Source: Harriotta raleighana
Lineage: Eukaryota
Direction of reading: 5' to 3'
DNA length: 64,000 nucleotides
Assembly: GCA_050575255.1 (NCBI GenBank)
Contig: JBNZDD010013678.1
Span: 4,746,753-4,810,752 of the forward strand
The position numbers and the translations under genes are program-made. This document shows positions 53,061-64,000 of the stretch, one piece after another. The notes below the pieces were generated by a model, which ran no database searches, was not told the DNA's origin, and saw only the letters and a list, made by a program, of their open reading frames with translations. How positions within the stretch are numbered: position 1 is the stretch's first letter; every line of letters begins with the position of its first letter.

Positions 53061-54020
53061 TGCTTGGTAATTCATTTCTGATGTGTAGAACATAATTGCA
53101 AATGGATTACATCAATAGAAGCAAAAGAACAGTCTTCAAAGCAGTCATTCAATAAAGTGGACTAGATTTTTAAAAAATCACAAGGTTATTTCTAAACCTG
53201 ATTTAGTAGTTGTTATGGGGTTGATCTATATTGTTAAAACCAATAAGCACAACTTTTACAACAGAGGACTGACATCCTTCAAGTGTATGTTCAGTCATTC
53301 AGCCACAATACGATTGAAAAATAGTAGACAAAATTAATTTAGGAACCACTACACAATTTGTAGTTATTAATGCTGAATTACTTGAGGAAGAATTAAATGT
53401 ATTCAGTTTTGAGTACAAAGCCAAAATACAACTAAAACCTGCACACAATTAACAGGAAACATGGTTGAAGCAGATAACTTTAGTTTAAATATTGTTGTAT
53501 CTCGCTGTGGGCCAAATCCCTGTTGATTTGAATTGCCCTGAAACATTTTAAACTGAGTCGTTAAAGGGAACATTATTTTATAAATATTGAGCATAATCTA
53601 GGAGGCTATTTTACTGTGGAAATTGCTGCTCTTGTAATCAAATCTAAACAGAAATTGTGGAGCTCCTGTGTTCCTTTGTGTGCTATTTTCAGTGCAGCTC
53701 CACAGTGCTGCAACTTGAGTGGTTTCATCACATCAGAGGTGCTTTGAGTTCATCCACTAAGGATTATATTCCTGCAACAGGTTCAAGAGGTTGATGAAGA
53801 CAACTCTGGCTCATCTGATCTCATCCTTTCACAAAACCAATAAGGAATTTTTCCACCATAGCATTTTTCCACCGTAGGATTCATCCTTAAATTCATTCAT
53901 TATCTTGGCCTAAACCTCGCTTGCTTTTAACCATTTCCAGGTACTGCTTGGTAGTTCATTTCTGATGTGTAGAAAATAATTGCAAAATGGATTACATCAA
54001 TAGAAGCAAAAGAACAGTCT
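53061..54020 (+). repeat. Direct repeat of about 75 bp (53061-53135 and 53945-54020)
   Basis: tgcttggta(a/g)ttcatttctgatgtgtagaa...gcaaaagaacagtct occurs twice with 3 differences. Confidence 0.9.
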
Positions 54021-55696
54021 ACAAAATTTTCTTTGAGATATTTCTGGTTATACATCAATCTCACAAAGCACTTCAGTAACTGTTGTTCACATTGGCCGTT
54101 GTAGACAGAATGCTATTTGGAGCTTCACACATTTCTATCGTGTGTGCAGACATTCCACCATAAACTATACAGACAAACAATAAGAAATGAATTTCCCCAT
54201 CATGTGTATGCTACTTCTAGCTCATCAACTGGAACTAACTAATCTCAAAATTACACACGTCTCAAAATACGAGCTTATTCCAGGAAAGCAAAGTACATTT
54301 ACTCCATACTGAAGTGATAAGATTAGAAAATTTAAAGGTACACAGAAAACAACTTAAAATATTCCAATATCTCCTATTAAGGAGTAGAGCAATGCAAGCA
54401 TCTGTGCAAGGTTTACAACAGAACACCAATGTGGTACTAATTTTCCATTGTTGTGTTTGCGCTCACATTGCTGCAATAAAAGCTACTTTCAATCCAAATT
54501 AAATAAATGATAGAATTGATATATTTAGCAGAGACTCTGCTCACCATGAAGACAGAAATGCAACAGGGACCAAGGGTCCAAGAGATTCAGATAACGTATT
54601 GTCAAATAAGATGAGGCAAGTTCTTTATGTGAAGTCTGAAAACATTCAATCTGGTTACACTTCACATGACAAGCAGGAAGCGTATAGACCTCCTTTTGTT
54701 CTAGGAACTTCTCAGCAAGAACCAACAATTTTCATTTACTGCATTTATAATAATGTTCTTCTATCCAGTTTCTCTTATTTCACCCACCGTAGTTAAAAGG
54801 TTATTAATCTGCCTATAGTAATTAGTAGAACAACTGGTATAATAGATACATTAACGATAATTGTGTACAAGTTGCATTTTATTTTTGCAAAGATGTAGAC
54901 CATGGCTTTCCAATGCAAATTTGCTGCTTGAAATATTGGGTTTGTCGAAACAAGTACAGAAGTTGATCCATACTTTTAAAGCTTATTATACATGGGTATT
55001 ATTGAATACATAATTAGTACGATATGTAAAACAACAAGTTATTGTATTGGGGGAAAAAAACAAAGGAATACATCATCAAAGGCATGTAGTGTACATTACA
55101 TATTGGCGCAATCAAAAGTAAAGCAGCAGTTCAAAAAAATATAAAAAATTAAGAGATAACTGTAATGGGAAACATTTTATCACAATCTAACAGATATATT
55201 AAAAGCCTAAAAGTACTACAGCACCTGTCTAAGAACAGTTAAAAGGTTCTGCTTAGTGCATGGACGTTCTAAAAATTTCATAGCACCATTAAGCTTTGAA
55301 GTCAACCATTACAGCTGACAGGACTGTAAAGCTCTTGGGATAGGAATTCAATCAGTGCAATGCTTCATATTTCCATTTCATTTTATTCTTAGATCTTAGT
55401 ACCATTGCAGCACGTGATCAATCAGTCAGTTATGTCTTCTACAGTCAAAGCCTTGCGATGGTTTGTGTTCAAATGTAAGCAGTGCAGATTTACATGGAAT
55501 GGAGTTTCTGCTTCCCTCAACTGTAGAACAGGTTTGTACCATAATGTTTCATATATAATGCACACCTAAGGTTTCAGGATCTTCTTTCAATGTAAAATGG
55601 TGCCAGTATGCACAAAAAACTGGAGTCGTTTTCAAGATGGACCTCGAGTGGGCGATTCCAATCTCAATATCGGTCGAAAGGTAAAGGGCTGATCCA

Positions 55697-55820
55697 TTAA
55701 CAGTCTGGTGGCATGGTCTCTAATGACTGCTGCTTCTTTTGGCTAATCAGTCTCATCTTCTCTCGGAGGTGTTCTGCCGTGGAAGCCATGTCACTGGGAC
55801 TTCCAAAATACTGCTCAGTT
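55697..55820 (-). CDS. SESTD1: SESTD1 last coding exon ((G)[40 protein letters not shown])
   Basis: ttccag|A acceptor, TAA at 55697-55699. [16 protein letters not shown] matches the recalled human SESTD1. Confidence 0.93.
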
Positions 55821-56799
55821 CTGGAAAATTAATATTTGTAAACCTTTGTAAATCTGGAACAGGCAGAAATATTAGCAAGCAGCAAGTACGCTGTCATTTC
55901 AAAATTCAAAAACAAGTTTGAGATGAGAAAGGCATGGGGTGAGAATGAACACTGAGGGCATACAGATTTATTTCACTATCAAAAGGAATAACTTTAATGA
56001 CGAGTGCTTACAAGGGGGTAACAACACCTGTTTATTTGGGATCCTTTTATACTTCATACAACAGCATACTTCATATTTCTATACTAAGTTCATATGGTAA
56101 GCTGCAGCTAGGGGAGTTTCACCCAGTGTCCATCATTGAACATTCTTAGGCAAGGTGCATAGCACAGCAACTTTTACACAATAGAGTTCTCACTACTTTG
56201 GTGCATAGCGTTTGCTCAGAAAGTCATTGGGAAATGTTTAACGATTATTTGTGCTGCAAAGACCTCAGCAATAAATGCAGATTCAGCAATAAGACACGTG
56301 GGGAAACATAGTGCGGCAAAGGCACCAAATTTGAAGACGGGTGGTTAGGAGGAGGGTGAGGGCAGCAAAGACAGGAAATAAATTACACATTACGTAAGCT
56401 TCCGATGTAACAGCTATCTTTTACCAAATGCAGTTAGTTCTTCTGCAAGGCCAAACAAGTTGTGGTTTTCTATTAACATCAAGTCTCATTTGTAATATCG
56501 AACAGAAATGCTACCGTAATGATTTATTGCTGATTTTCTCTGCTTTTCTCTTGAAGATAGAGCATTTTGCAACAATTGTACCTCACATTTCTTTCTTTAT
56601 GAGCAGAGTTAATGTCAGATGCCCGTCAATACATGGAGAACATTACAGACAGTGGACTTCACTCATGCACTTTCCAGTAGGGTTTACTAAATAGGGAGCG
56701 TAACCTTTGACTGAGATTAATTCCTCAATTGCCGACTGTTCATCCGGCAGTGATTAGCTAATTTAGCCCAGGCTAGAAATCAAGCATGTGATTGATAGA

Positions 56800-56965
56800 T
56801 TTCTGAGATTGATAAAATTTCTTGTGGATAAAGGAATTAAGGGCTATGGGGATAAGGCAGGTAGGTGGAGTTAGAATAGAAGATCAGCCATGATTTTATT
56901 GAATGGTGTAGCAGGCTCGAGGGGCCGAATAGCCTACTCCTGCTCCTCGTTCTTATGCTCTTATG
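56800..56965 (+). mobile_element. CR1-type LINE 3' end (degenerate copies also at ~21200-21440(-), 24100-24460(-), 28730-28930(+), 53750-53944(-))
   Basis: Same tail as the 4128 copy. Confidence 0.72.
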
Positions 56966-57000
56966 TGATCTATTAGTGTGTAAAGCTGGTTTAGTAAAGG

Positions 57001-57379
57001 CGACTCTGCTCGGGGTACAGTTCCACAGGTGCTTGTAGTCCTTACATTTCAGGTTGTTTTCAAACTTATAAGCCCCTTGATCCTCCTGATGTGAAAGGCG
57101 CTGTACAAATATAAATTTGTAATTGTTTTTGTGTTAGTGCTATGGTGTTCTTGATAACTTCACCTTTATAGCAGTCACGGAAAACACAGTTGAAAATGTT
57201 CAAATTCTCTTTCTACATTAAACATAATGTAGATCTTAATGAGGGGGCGCATTATAACAACAACAATAAAATTACATTTATAGAGTGCCTTTCATGTCCC
57301 AAGGCGCTTATAAGTTTGAAAACAACTTGTAATGAAAGGACTACAGCACCTGTGGAACTGCACCCCCAGCAAAGAGTCG
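57001..57379. repeat. Inverted repeat with arms of about 130 bp (57001-57133 and 57256-57379)
   Basis: The arms read as reverse complements of each other. Confidence 0.85.
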
Positions 57380-57635
57380 CAACTTGAAGCAAGTTGTGAA
57401 AAATTAAGAGGAATGCGGAGCAACAAGTTACTTTTTTTCCTTTGGCTCCTGTACATTTCTCAACTCAGAAGATAAACTGGTAAATTTGTATTGGAGAGAC
57501 CATTTTCACTAAATAAACAAACAACATATAGTATATAGTACGCAACAGGTTAATGATCAGCAGCGCCACCAGGCTGCAATAAAGGGAAGACATTGCAATG
57601 TTATTTAGGTGAAAATCAATTCCTTTTACAGACCG

Positions 57636-58132
57636 CAGTAAAAGCCTGTTTATGCGGCGCCCAACCAACCTGAACGTTCAATCAACCGGTACCTCCCAAT
57701 ACAATTCACCATTCAAACAACCGGATCTCATACCGGAGACATCCAGCACACTCTCGGTAGCGCATTTAGTGAGTCAGTTGTCTCACGAGAGTACAGTACG
57801 AGTAGTTCTGAATTCTGCCGGTAGCGGCTTAAAGTGACACTACTGGTTTTACCTTGGAAAAACCGACAATGCCAGTTTAAGCCACTGCCGTCCGCCATTA
57901 TACAAGTTTGCTTTGTGAATGTGTGCTGTGTTTATAGACTATAATCGATATTTATTGCTTTATTGGTAAGTATACATACAATATTCTGTTATTATTTAGT
58001 CTATTACTAATATGGTATGTTTAAAAAAAAAAGGAAATTTTTTGTGTTGGATTTTCAGCAACTAGCTTCCCGAATATCCGGCATATTCAACTGGTCAGGT
58101 CCCGAGGGTGCCGGATACTCAGGTTTTTACTG
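57636..58132. mobile_element. Non-autonomous Tigger-like DNA transposon, about 500 bp
   Basis: Left end cagtaaaagcctgtttatgcggcgccc versus reverse complement of right end cagtaaaaacctgagtatccggcaccc. Right flank is TA, left flank is CG. Confidence 0.65.
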
Positions 58133-58250
58133 TAATTAAATCATAACCCTAGTGGTGGATTAATGTTCTATCAATAATTTTTTGGGGTTCCATGAGAAAA
58201 CTGATATGGGGTCTATACAGACAGACATATTAATGGTTATAAAATCTTAC

Positions 58251-58384
58251 CCATCTGGATAAATCACAGGAACAGTTAGTCTGTCTAATAAAGATTTTCC
58301 AGTAGCTTCAACTTCATCAATCTTTTCAAGAAACTCCTTGCAGGCTTCAGTCTGCTCTTCTAGTTGTGAGTTATCCTTCAGAAT
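58251..58384 (-). CDS. SESTD1: SESTD1 penultimate exon (ILKDNSQ...[17 protein letters not shown])
   Basis: Pyrimidine-rich acceptor ctctccag|ATT, donor GG|gtaaga, 134 nt, phase 0-2. Confidence 0.94.
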
Positions 58385-59118
58385 CTGGAGAGAAAAAAAG
58401 AAAAGCTTCACAAATTAGTGGGGCGAGAGGGAGGGGGAGAATTCCTAACAACAATTGTCCCATGAACAGGAAAATTAGCAATCTGTAGTTATCAAACACA
58501 CATGTCGTACTGGGCTTGGATATGAGTCAGAATGTAAGTATCTGGGCGTCCAGTTTATAAAATAATAGGCTACAAATGTTTTGCTCTATTCATATAATGT
58601 TTTTGACCGAAAATATGGAACATGTAGTTTCGTAAAGTGGCGTAATATGCATCAACTATGGACTTCACTTGGTAACCCAAACAATTCAAAGCAAGCAAAA
58701 TTAAATAGGTAGTGGAAATGTTATTTGCAATATCCATCAGCACTCCAAGCCAAGTAAGACATACATTGATGTTTCCATGTCAGCAACAAATCAAAACATC
58801 TTACGCAACCAAAAAGTAGTGATTATACTGTGAAATTAGACTTGTTATATCGCAAAGGCTCACACTGATGTAAAAGCAAGATTTTATTTATACTGTTCCA
58901 TGACATCAGTGTTTAAAGTGAGTGATATTTTAATTTCAGAAAGCACATGAAATGGCCATTTGGGCAAAGTACTGGAGAGGTGTCGTCACATCTAATGGAA
59001 CTCTCTCCCGGCACAGATCACCACTTTCAGGAGAGGAGAGGTAACACTAAAGTGCCAGGCATTATTACATAAAGAATCAAAAATTGTACAATGCCAGAAT
59101 CAAAAGAAATATACGAGC

Positions 59119-59310
59119 CTTTTCGGAATCTAAGTGAAACGTGTAGGCCAAATCCAGTCTGTGAATCCGCTCCTCTGATGTTACTGTAAACTGTTTCCAG
59201 ACTCTGTTCAACCTTGGTAGAGTCTCTCCTGATGATCTGGTCGTGCATCGAAGCGATTGGCATAATACGACTGTGGCTTGTAGCAACTGTCTCCCATAGT
59301 CATAGGTGCT
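59119..59310 (-). CDS. SESTD1: SESTD1 exon ([22 protein letters not shown]...HLDSEK)
   Basis: gaag|AGC acceptor, 192 nt, near-identical to the recalled human sequence. The donor is apparently GC. Confidence 0.93.
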
Positions 59311-61454
59311 CTTCAGAGACAAATTCCAGATAAGAGGAAATCATGATCAATTAGAGTGCATTCAATTCATTTTCTCAAGTACAAGCAATCTATAGTTATC
59401 AATCATACATGTGAATCCTAGTTACCGATTTACAAAGAAAAAGAGCTTGATGAAATTGGAAAAGGAAGGATGACAATGGAATGGAAAGTGCAGTAGGGAA
59501 TGCACTTCCAACACACAAGTTAAAGCATTTTTTTGGAGCAGAATAAAGGAAACTTTGCTTTCCATACCCGATAGTAACCCAGTAACAATTCATACTGCCA
59601 GTGAGTGAATTCCATTCTCAAGCACACACCTAAATCAGTCTTGACTGTGCCAATGTGGCAGTGGAGATATTTCTATAATCCTATTTTGTTTTCTCAATTG
59701 ACAACATTTACAAAATGTCCCACAATGTTGCCAACACTGTTTTGCTATAATGACAAGTGGTTAACTTCAGAAAAAATTGAGCCTATGCTCCCTGGCCAAT
59801 ACCCACCCTGAGGAAATTTGATTCAATTTTTTTGGTTGACAGAAATGCAAACTCCAAACTTGATTCAGAAAAGCAGCATCCAACTACCTTGGGGAGGTCA
59901 TTTTTTATTGTTTCAATTAGCATCAGCCCTCACAAGCTTTAAACTTACAAATTAAAAGTACAAAATATTCCTGTGGCGGTTTTGAAGATTTCGATAGTGA
60001 GAGTTGGTGGTACTCCCATTTCTTTAATAATGGTTCAAATTAACCATCATTTTCACATATGCTGATCTCAACTTTACTGCCACTGGGAATGAATTTCGAG
60101 TTAGGAACCTGAAGATATCCAACTCCATCAGTTCCACCACCCTTTAGTAGAACTGTAGCGTTAAACAAATTCCAGCAATAAGCTGTAAAATTATTATCCA
60201 TCAAATATTACACAGCAGTTCTTCAATACAGCACTCATTTGCTGGCTCATGCTTGCCTCACTTAACATTCTCCAGATCGGTTAACTTTGCTTCTAGAAAG
60301 TAGCAGCTACATGAAAACAAGCATCTGGATAATTGAATCAGTTCTGCAGGTAGTACAAGAAAACAAATGACCTGTAAATTTACATAAAGGTGCTGTCTTT
60401 ACTACTGCCCATTTTCAAGTTATTCATGAATAATCAAAATGATTAACAATCAATAAGCAATGTTGAGTGACATTATGAACAATGAATAGCCTAAAGTTCT
60501 TCTGCCACACTACCACCTCTCCCTTCCCTCCCCCATGCTCGGGTCCCGTCTCCTGACTCCATGCCCTGGGACATCCTTCTAACATGAAAAGCGCTCCATA
60601 CATGTAATTTCGTTGTTGTTCTTTTCCCAGTCGTTTACTCTCGACAAAAGTTATTTTACTTCTGTGCACAACAAATGGCAATTGTGAGTCACGTCACAGG
60701 AGGGTGGAGATTAAGTCACTCTGCAGGGAACAATACTCTACATATAAATTAACGAAAGCTATGCACCTTAGTTAAGAATGTCAGTATAGTAAAAATTGCA
60801 CAGAAATCTACCGAGATCTGAATACATGTTTAAATAAATGTTAGTGCCCATGGATACATTGAAAATCCTATAGCAGACACAACCTGACCGTTCAGCAGGG
60901 GAATTTATGTAACACACACTGGGGCTGTTAAAACTTGTCCCAATTTGCCTGTCCCAGCTTTAGGATTTTCATCTTAATTTACTTTTTCAGGAAAAAAAAC
61001 TGCTTCAAAATCTCTGGGTGCTACAACTTATATAGAAACTGAGTTTTGTATTCAAAGTTCATGTTTTATTTCTTGTGAATGACGGGATATAAAATCTGGC
61101 TGTTACAATAGCTTTTTGCTGGTAGTAGAAACCTCCTTTGACATGTTTCAGCCACCAGACTCTCATTATAAGGTATGAATAGTGACTTTTAAATACAAAA
61201 CACCTTCCTACTGCAGGGGAAAAGAACAGGGTAGGGTCATGGAGATAAAGCTCAGTAATCAACAACTCAAATACTGACTGACTTAAGAGACAAGAATGCT
61301 ATACAAAGTGTTCCATTGAAGTTAATGTGAATTCATTATCGTTTTTGGCTGTCACCCAAATGGTGCACATCTAAAAGGTTCATTGTACTAAAACAATGTA
61401 TGGCAAAACAGTAGCTTTGAACTGAAATTAGTCAACCTTAGTATATTTAAAGCA

Positions 61455-61757
61455 CAATAATAATCCTTAATAATAATCGTTGTATTTGATATAGCGCTTT
61501 TCACATCTTCTAGATGTCTCAAAGTGTTTCACAGAATACAGTATACTATAAAGTGAATTGACTGTATATTTGTGGGGGAAACTTGATAGCCAATTGCGCA
61601 CAGCAGGGTCCCACAAACAGTCATGGATTGAAATAACCAATTTTTTTTTAGGGATTATTATCAGGTGTTTGGTGTAATGAAACTCGCCTAAGGTTTCACC
61701 CAGAAATCAAACCCGGGTCTCGCTTGTGAGGTGAGTGCTCTAACCACTGAGCTACAG
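61455..61757 (-). mobile_element. Full-length SINE of the same family
   Basis: Head, body and tail all recognisable. Confidence 0.88.
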
Positions 61758-62294
61758 AACAATGAGTAAAGTTAAAGATCAGCACATCATTAAATTCTGA
61801 GCCCAACGGTACAAACTATACAAACACAGCAACAGAGTAATAGCCCCATTGAAGGAGTGTATTGTTGAGAACATATTATGCACTTTCTAAAGGTAAATAA
61901 AGTAAATGAATAATTCTCATTTGGCATCAATTCAGTGATCTGTTTGAAAACTGGTGATGGCATGGGAAATATTTCATGAATGCAATGTAATCTTAAAATC
62001 AATTTGTTGCTGCAGTGGAGCAGAATGGAAACGTATCAAGTAACCTTTGAGACATGGTGATCTTGCTATAGCTACAGTGCCTTATGCAGGGCTGTGTTCG
62101 GTTACTCTATATGAGGCTTCAATTAGGAACTGCATCAGATTTGTTGTGCAACAGAAAACGAGAACATTGTACACTACACCCAAATCACCTGTTCTACTTC
62201 TCACAATGTAATGTCGAAATAACTCATCAACCTGGTGACTAAATAAGAAAACACATACAGGATTAACATTACTAATGGGGGGAAAAGGAGAGTA

Positions 62295-62923
62295 CAGGTA
62301 TCCCCCGATTATTGACGCTTCTATTTACAGTGTTTCGATTCAACGAACATCATTTTTTAAACACCTTTTTATTGATATACGACACGGTTTCGTTTTAACG
62401 ATGAAAAAATTTGGCGCTATTTTTGCACAAGCACGGTACATAGAGTATTTTGCAGTAAAATTGCAATTGTATTGGGGGCGTCTTTTTGTCTATACCCAGT
62501 ATATAGTGTATTTCATGGAAGTGCCTGATACAGTGTATCCAAATGTTTGACCTGACCAACTATCTTCCTGCCTGTCTGTCTCTCTCTCTCATTCACACTA
62601 CAACAACTGCAGCACAATTACATTGCATCAACTGACACAGACAGAGACATACACAGAGAGAGAGAGAGACACACACNAACATAGAGACAGAGAGACTGAA
62701 GAGAGAAAGAAGGAATGAAAGGTGCATTCATTCACACTATAGATAGCTTTGTGTGTTATTTTGTATGTTATTTAGTGGATTTAAGATACAAAAATTTTGT
62801 GAAAAGAACACATCTCTGGTTATATAATGTGACCTCACAGGAAACCTAGTTTCGATTTACGACGTTTCAATTTGCATAACATTGTTCAGGAACGCAACCC
62901 CATCGGAAATCGGGGGATACCTA
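62295..62923. mobile_element. Non-autonomous Tigger-like DNA transposon, about 630 bp, with internal (AG)/(AC) microsatellites and an N at 62677
   Basis: TIRs caggtatcccccgatt / aatcgggggataccta, flanked by TA. Confidence 0.78.
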
Positions 62924-63135
62924 TATTGTATCTGGAGTTTGATCTACATTCAAAGATTGAGGATGAGTAACGCAAAATGTCCTTTACCATTATGTTCACC
63001 TACAAAATAATCATTCCCAATTACAGTAAATTTGTGAAGCTCTTTGAGACATCCTCCCAACATGAAAAGCGTTACATCAAGTTAATTACTAATTATTAAG
63101 AACATAACTAATTTTTCTTTTACGTTCATACATAC

Positions 63136-63258
63136 CTGGGCAACATCAACAAATTTGCGGTGTTTTTCCAGAAGAACTTTGGTTTCCTGAGCATCATCTC
63201 CAAGTCTAATGTGAGTTTTCAAAAGGGCATCCAACAGCTCACTCAACCACTCAACCGC
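63136..63258 (-). CDS. SESTD1: SESTD1 exon ([41 protein letters not shown])
   Basis: Not in the ORF track. aag|GCG acceptor, CAG|gtatgt donor, 123 nt. Confidence 0.95.
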
Positions 63259-63532
63259 CTTTCGTAAAGGAGAAAAATATACTTTTCATTCAAAGACTTC
63301 AAAACTTCAGTATATAAACACAGTAACACACTCTCTATATATACTAAGCAATTGGTTATAGGCTGACGCTTTGAGCTGTGTCTGGTCCCATTGGCAACTC
63401 CTAATCCCCACCTTGCCCCACACCGTCTCCAGCTTGGGTCTAACACAGTGACTGTCCAGCACCTTGGGATGTCCTCCTGACGTGAAAGGCGCTATACAAA
63501 TGTAATTTTGTTGTCGTCATGTAAGGATTTAC

Positions 63533-63614
63533 CTGTGCAGCATCCTCCTCGCATTTAAAAAGTTGCACCATCTGAAGCATTTTCAGCCTCCGCACATCTA
63601 CCATATCTTCACAC
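63533..63614 (-). CDS. SESTD1: SESTD1 exon ((R)[27 protein letters not shown]); upstream exons lie outside the window
   Basis: cag|G acceptor, CAG|gtaaat donor, 82 nt, phase 2-0. Confidence 0.95.
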
Positions 63615-64000
63615 CTGCAGAGTCCGTAAGTACAGAGAGGAAAAAAAACACAGCTGACCATCTGCATATCCCAATAAGCTAAAACACATAATACACCATC
63701 TCAGTTTTAAGGTCACTATTGCAATACTCTAGTCTTAATCTACATTCCAGTAAGATTGAGATTAATACAATGAATGATCTTCTGCATTCAAAACCTCCTG
63801 TGAACAGATGCTGTCAATTCCTTCCAGTTCAAAAGTGCAGAATTTTTAATAGTCTAACATGATTTGAGGACAAACGTAATTAACAATTCTTGGAATTTGT
63901 TCACAAGAATCCACAATGGAGTGTTTCATCTTACACTGTCTGAATTATAATGAATTCAGTAAACTAATTGCAAAATGCAGAATATGCATTCGGGAAATCA

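Larger units (their letters stand above)
5530..63520. repeat. Dispersed L2 3' fragments: ~5530-5585(-), 10200-10255(+), 12225-12650(-), 13895-14045(-), 17120-17180(+), 27806-27979(+), 30085-30280(+), 37160-37222(-), 41200-41487(+), 46800-47015(+), 48555-48905(+), 60515-60620(+), 63035-63090(+), 63385-63520(+)
   Basis: Shared tail tgtccagcgccttgggacgtcctcctgacgtgaaaggcgctatacaaatgtaattttgttgttg. Boundaries approximate. Confidence 0.8.

Noticed and set aside
59990-60150. Weak inverted ends (ggtggtactc / agttccaccacc) suggesting an old MITE
   Set aside because: The match is too short and no TSD is evident.

Overview
This is AT-rich eukaryotic vertebrate DNA. The repeat content (tRNA-head/L2-tail SINEs, Deu-domain SINEs, L2 and shark-type CR1 3' ends) points to a cartilaginous fish, probably a chimaera; that assignment is inference. 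Two spectrin-repeat/coiled-coil genes lie in tandem on the minus strand. (1) The last five coding exons of SESTD1 span 63614 to 55697. (2) A nearly complete CCDC141 (CAMDI) runs from the ATG at 44861 through 24 phase-consistent exons to 1343; the final Ig-completing exon starts at position 20 and runs off the left edge. This matches the SESTD1-CCDC141-(TTN) order known from human chr2. Most ORF-track entries are exons with intronic overhang, antisense shadows or repeat-derived. I found no prokaryote-type system, CRISPR array or genuine RNA gene, and no evidence for a wholly new gene system. The most notable observations are an apparently conserved donor read-through C-terminus (WWVAYN) that would truncate the Ig domain, three probable GC-AG introns, a probable lineage-specific 531-nt exon, inverted repeats able to fold the pre-mRNAs, and an L2 nested inside a SINE's Pol III promoter. 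All comparisons to human proteins and repeat consensi are from memory, not database searches.
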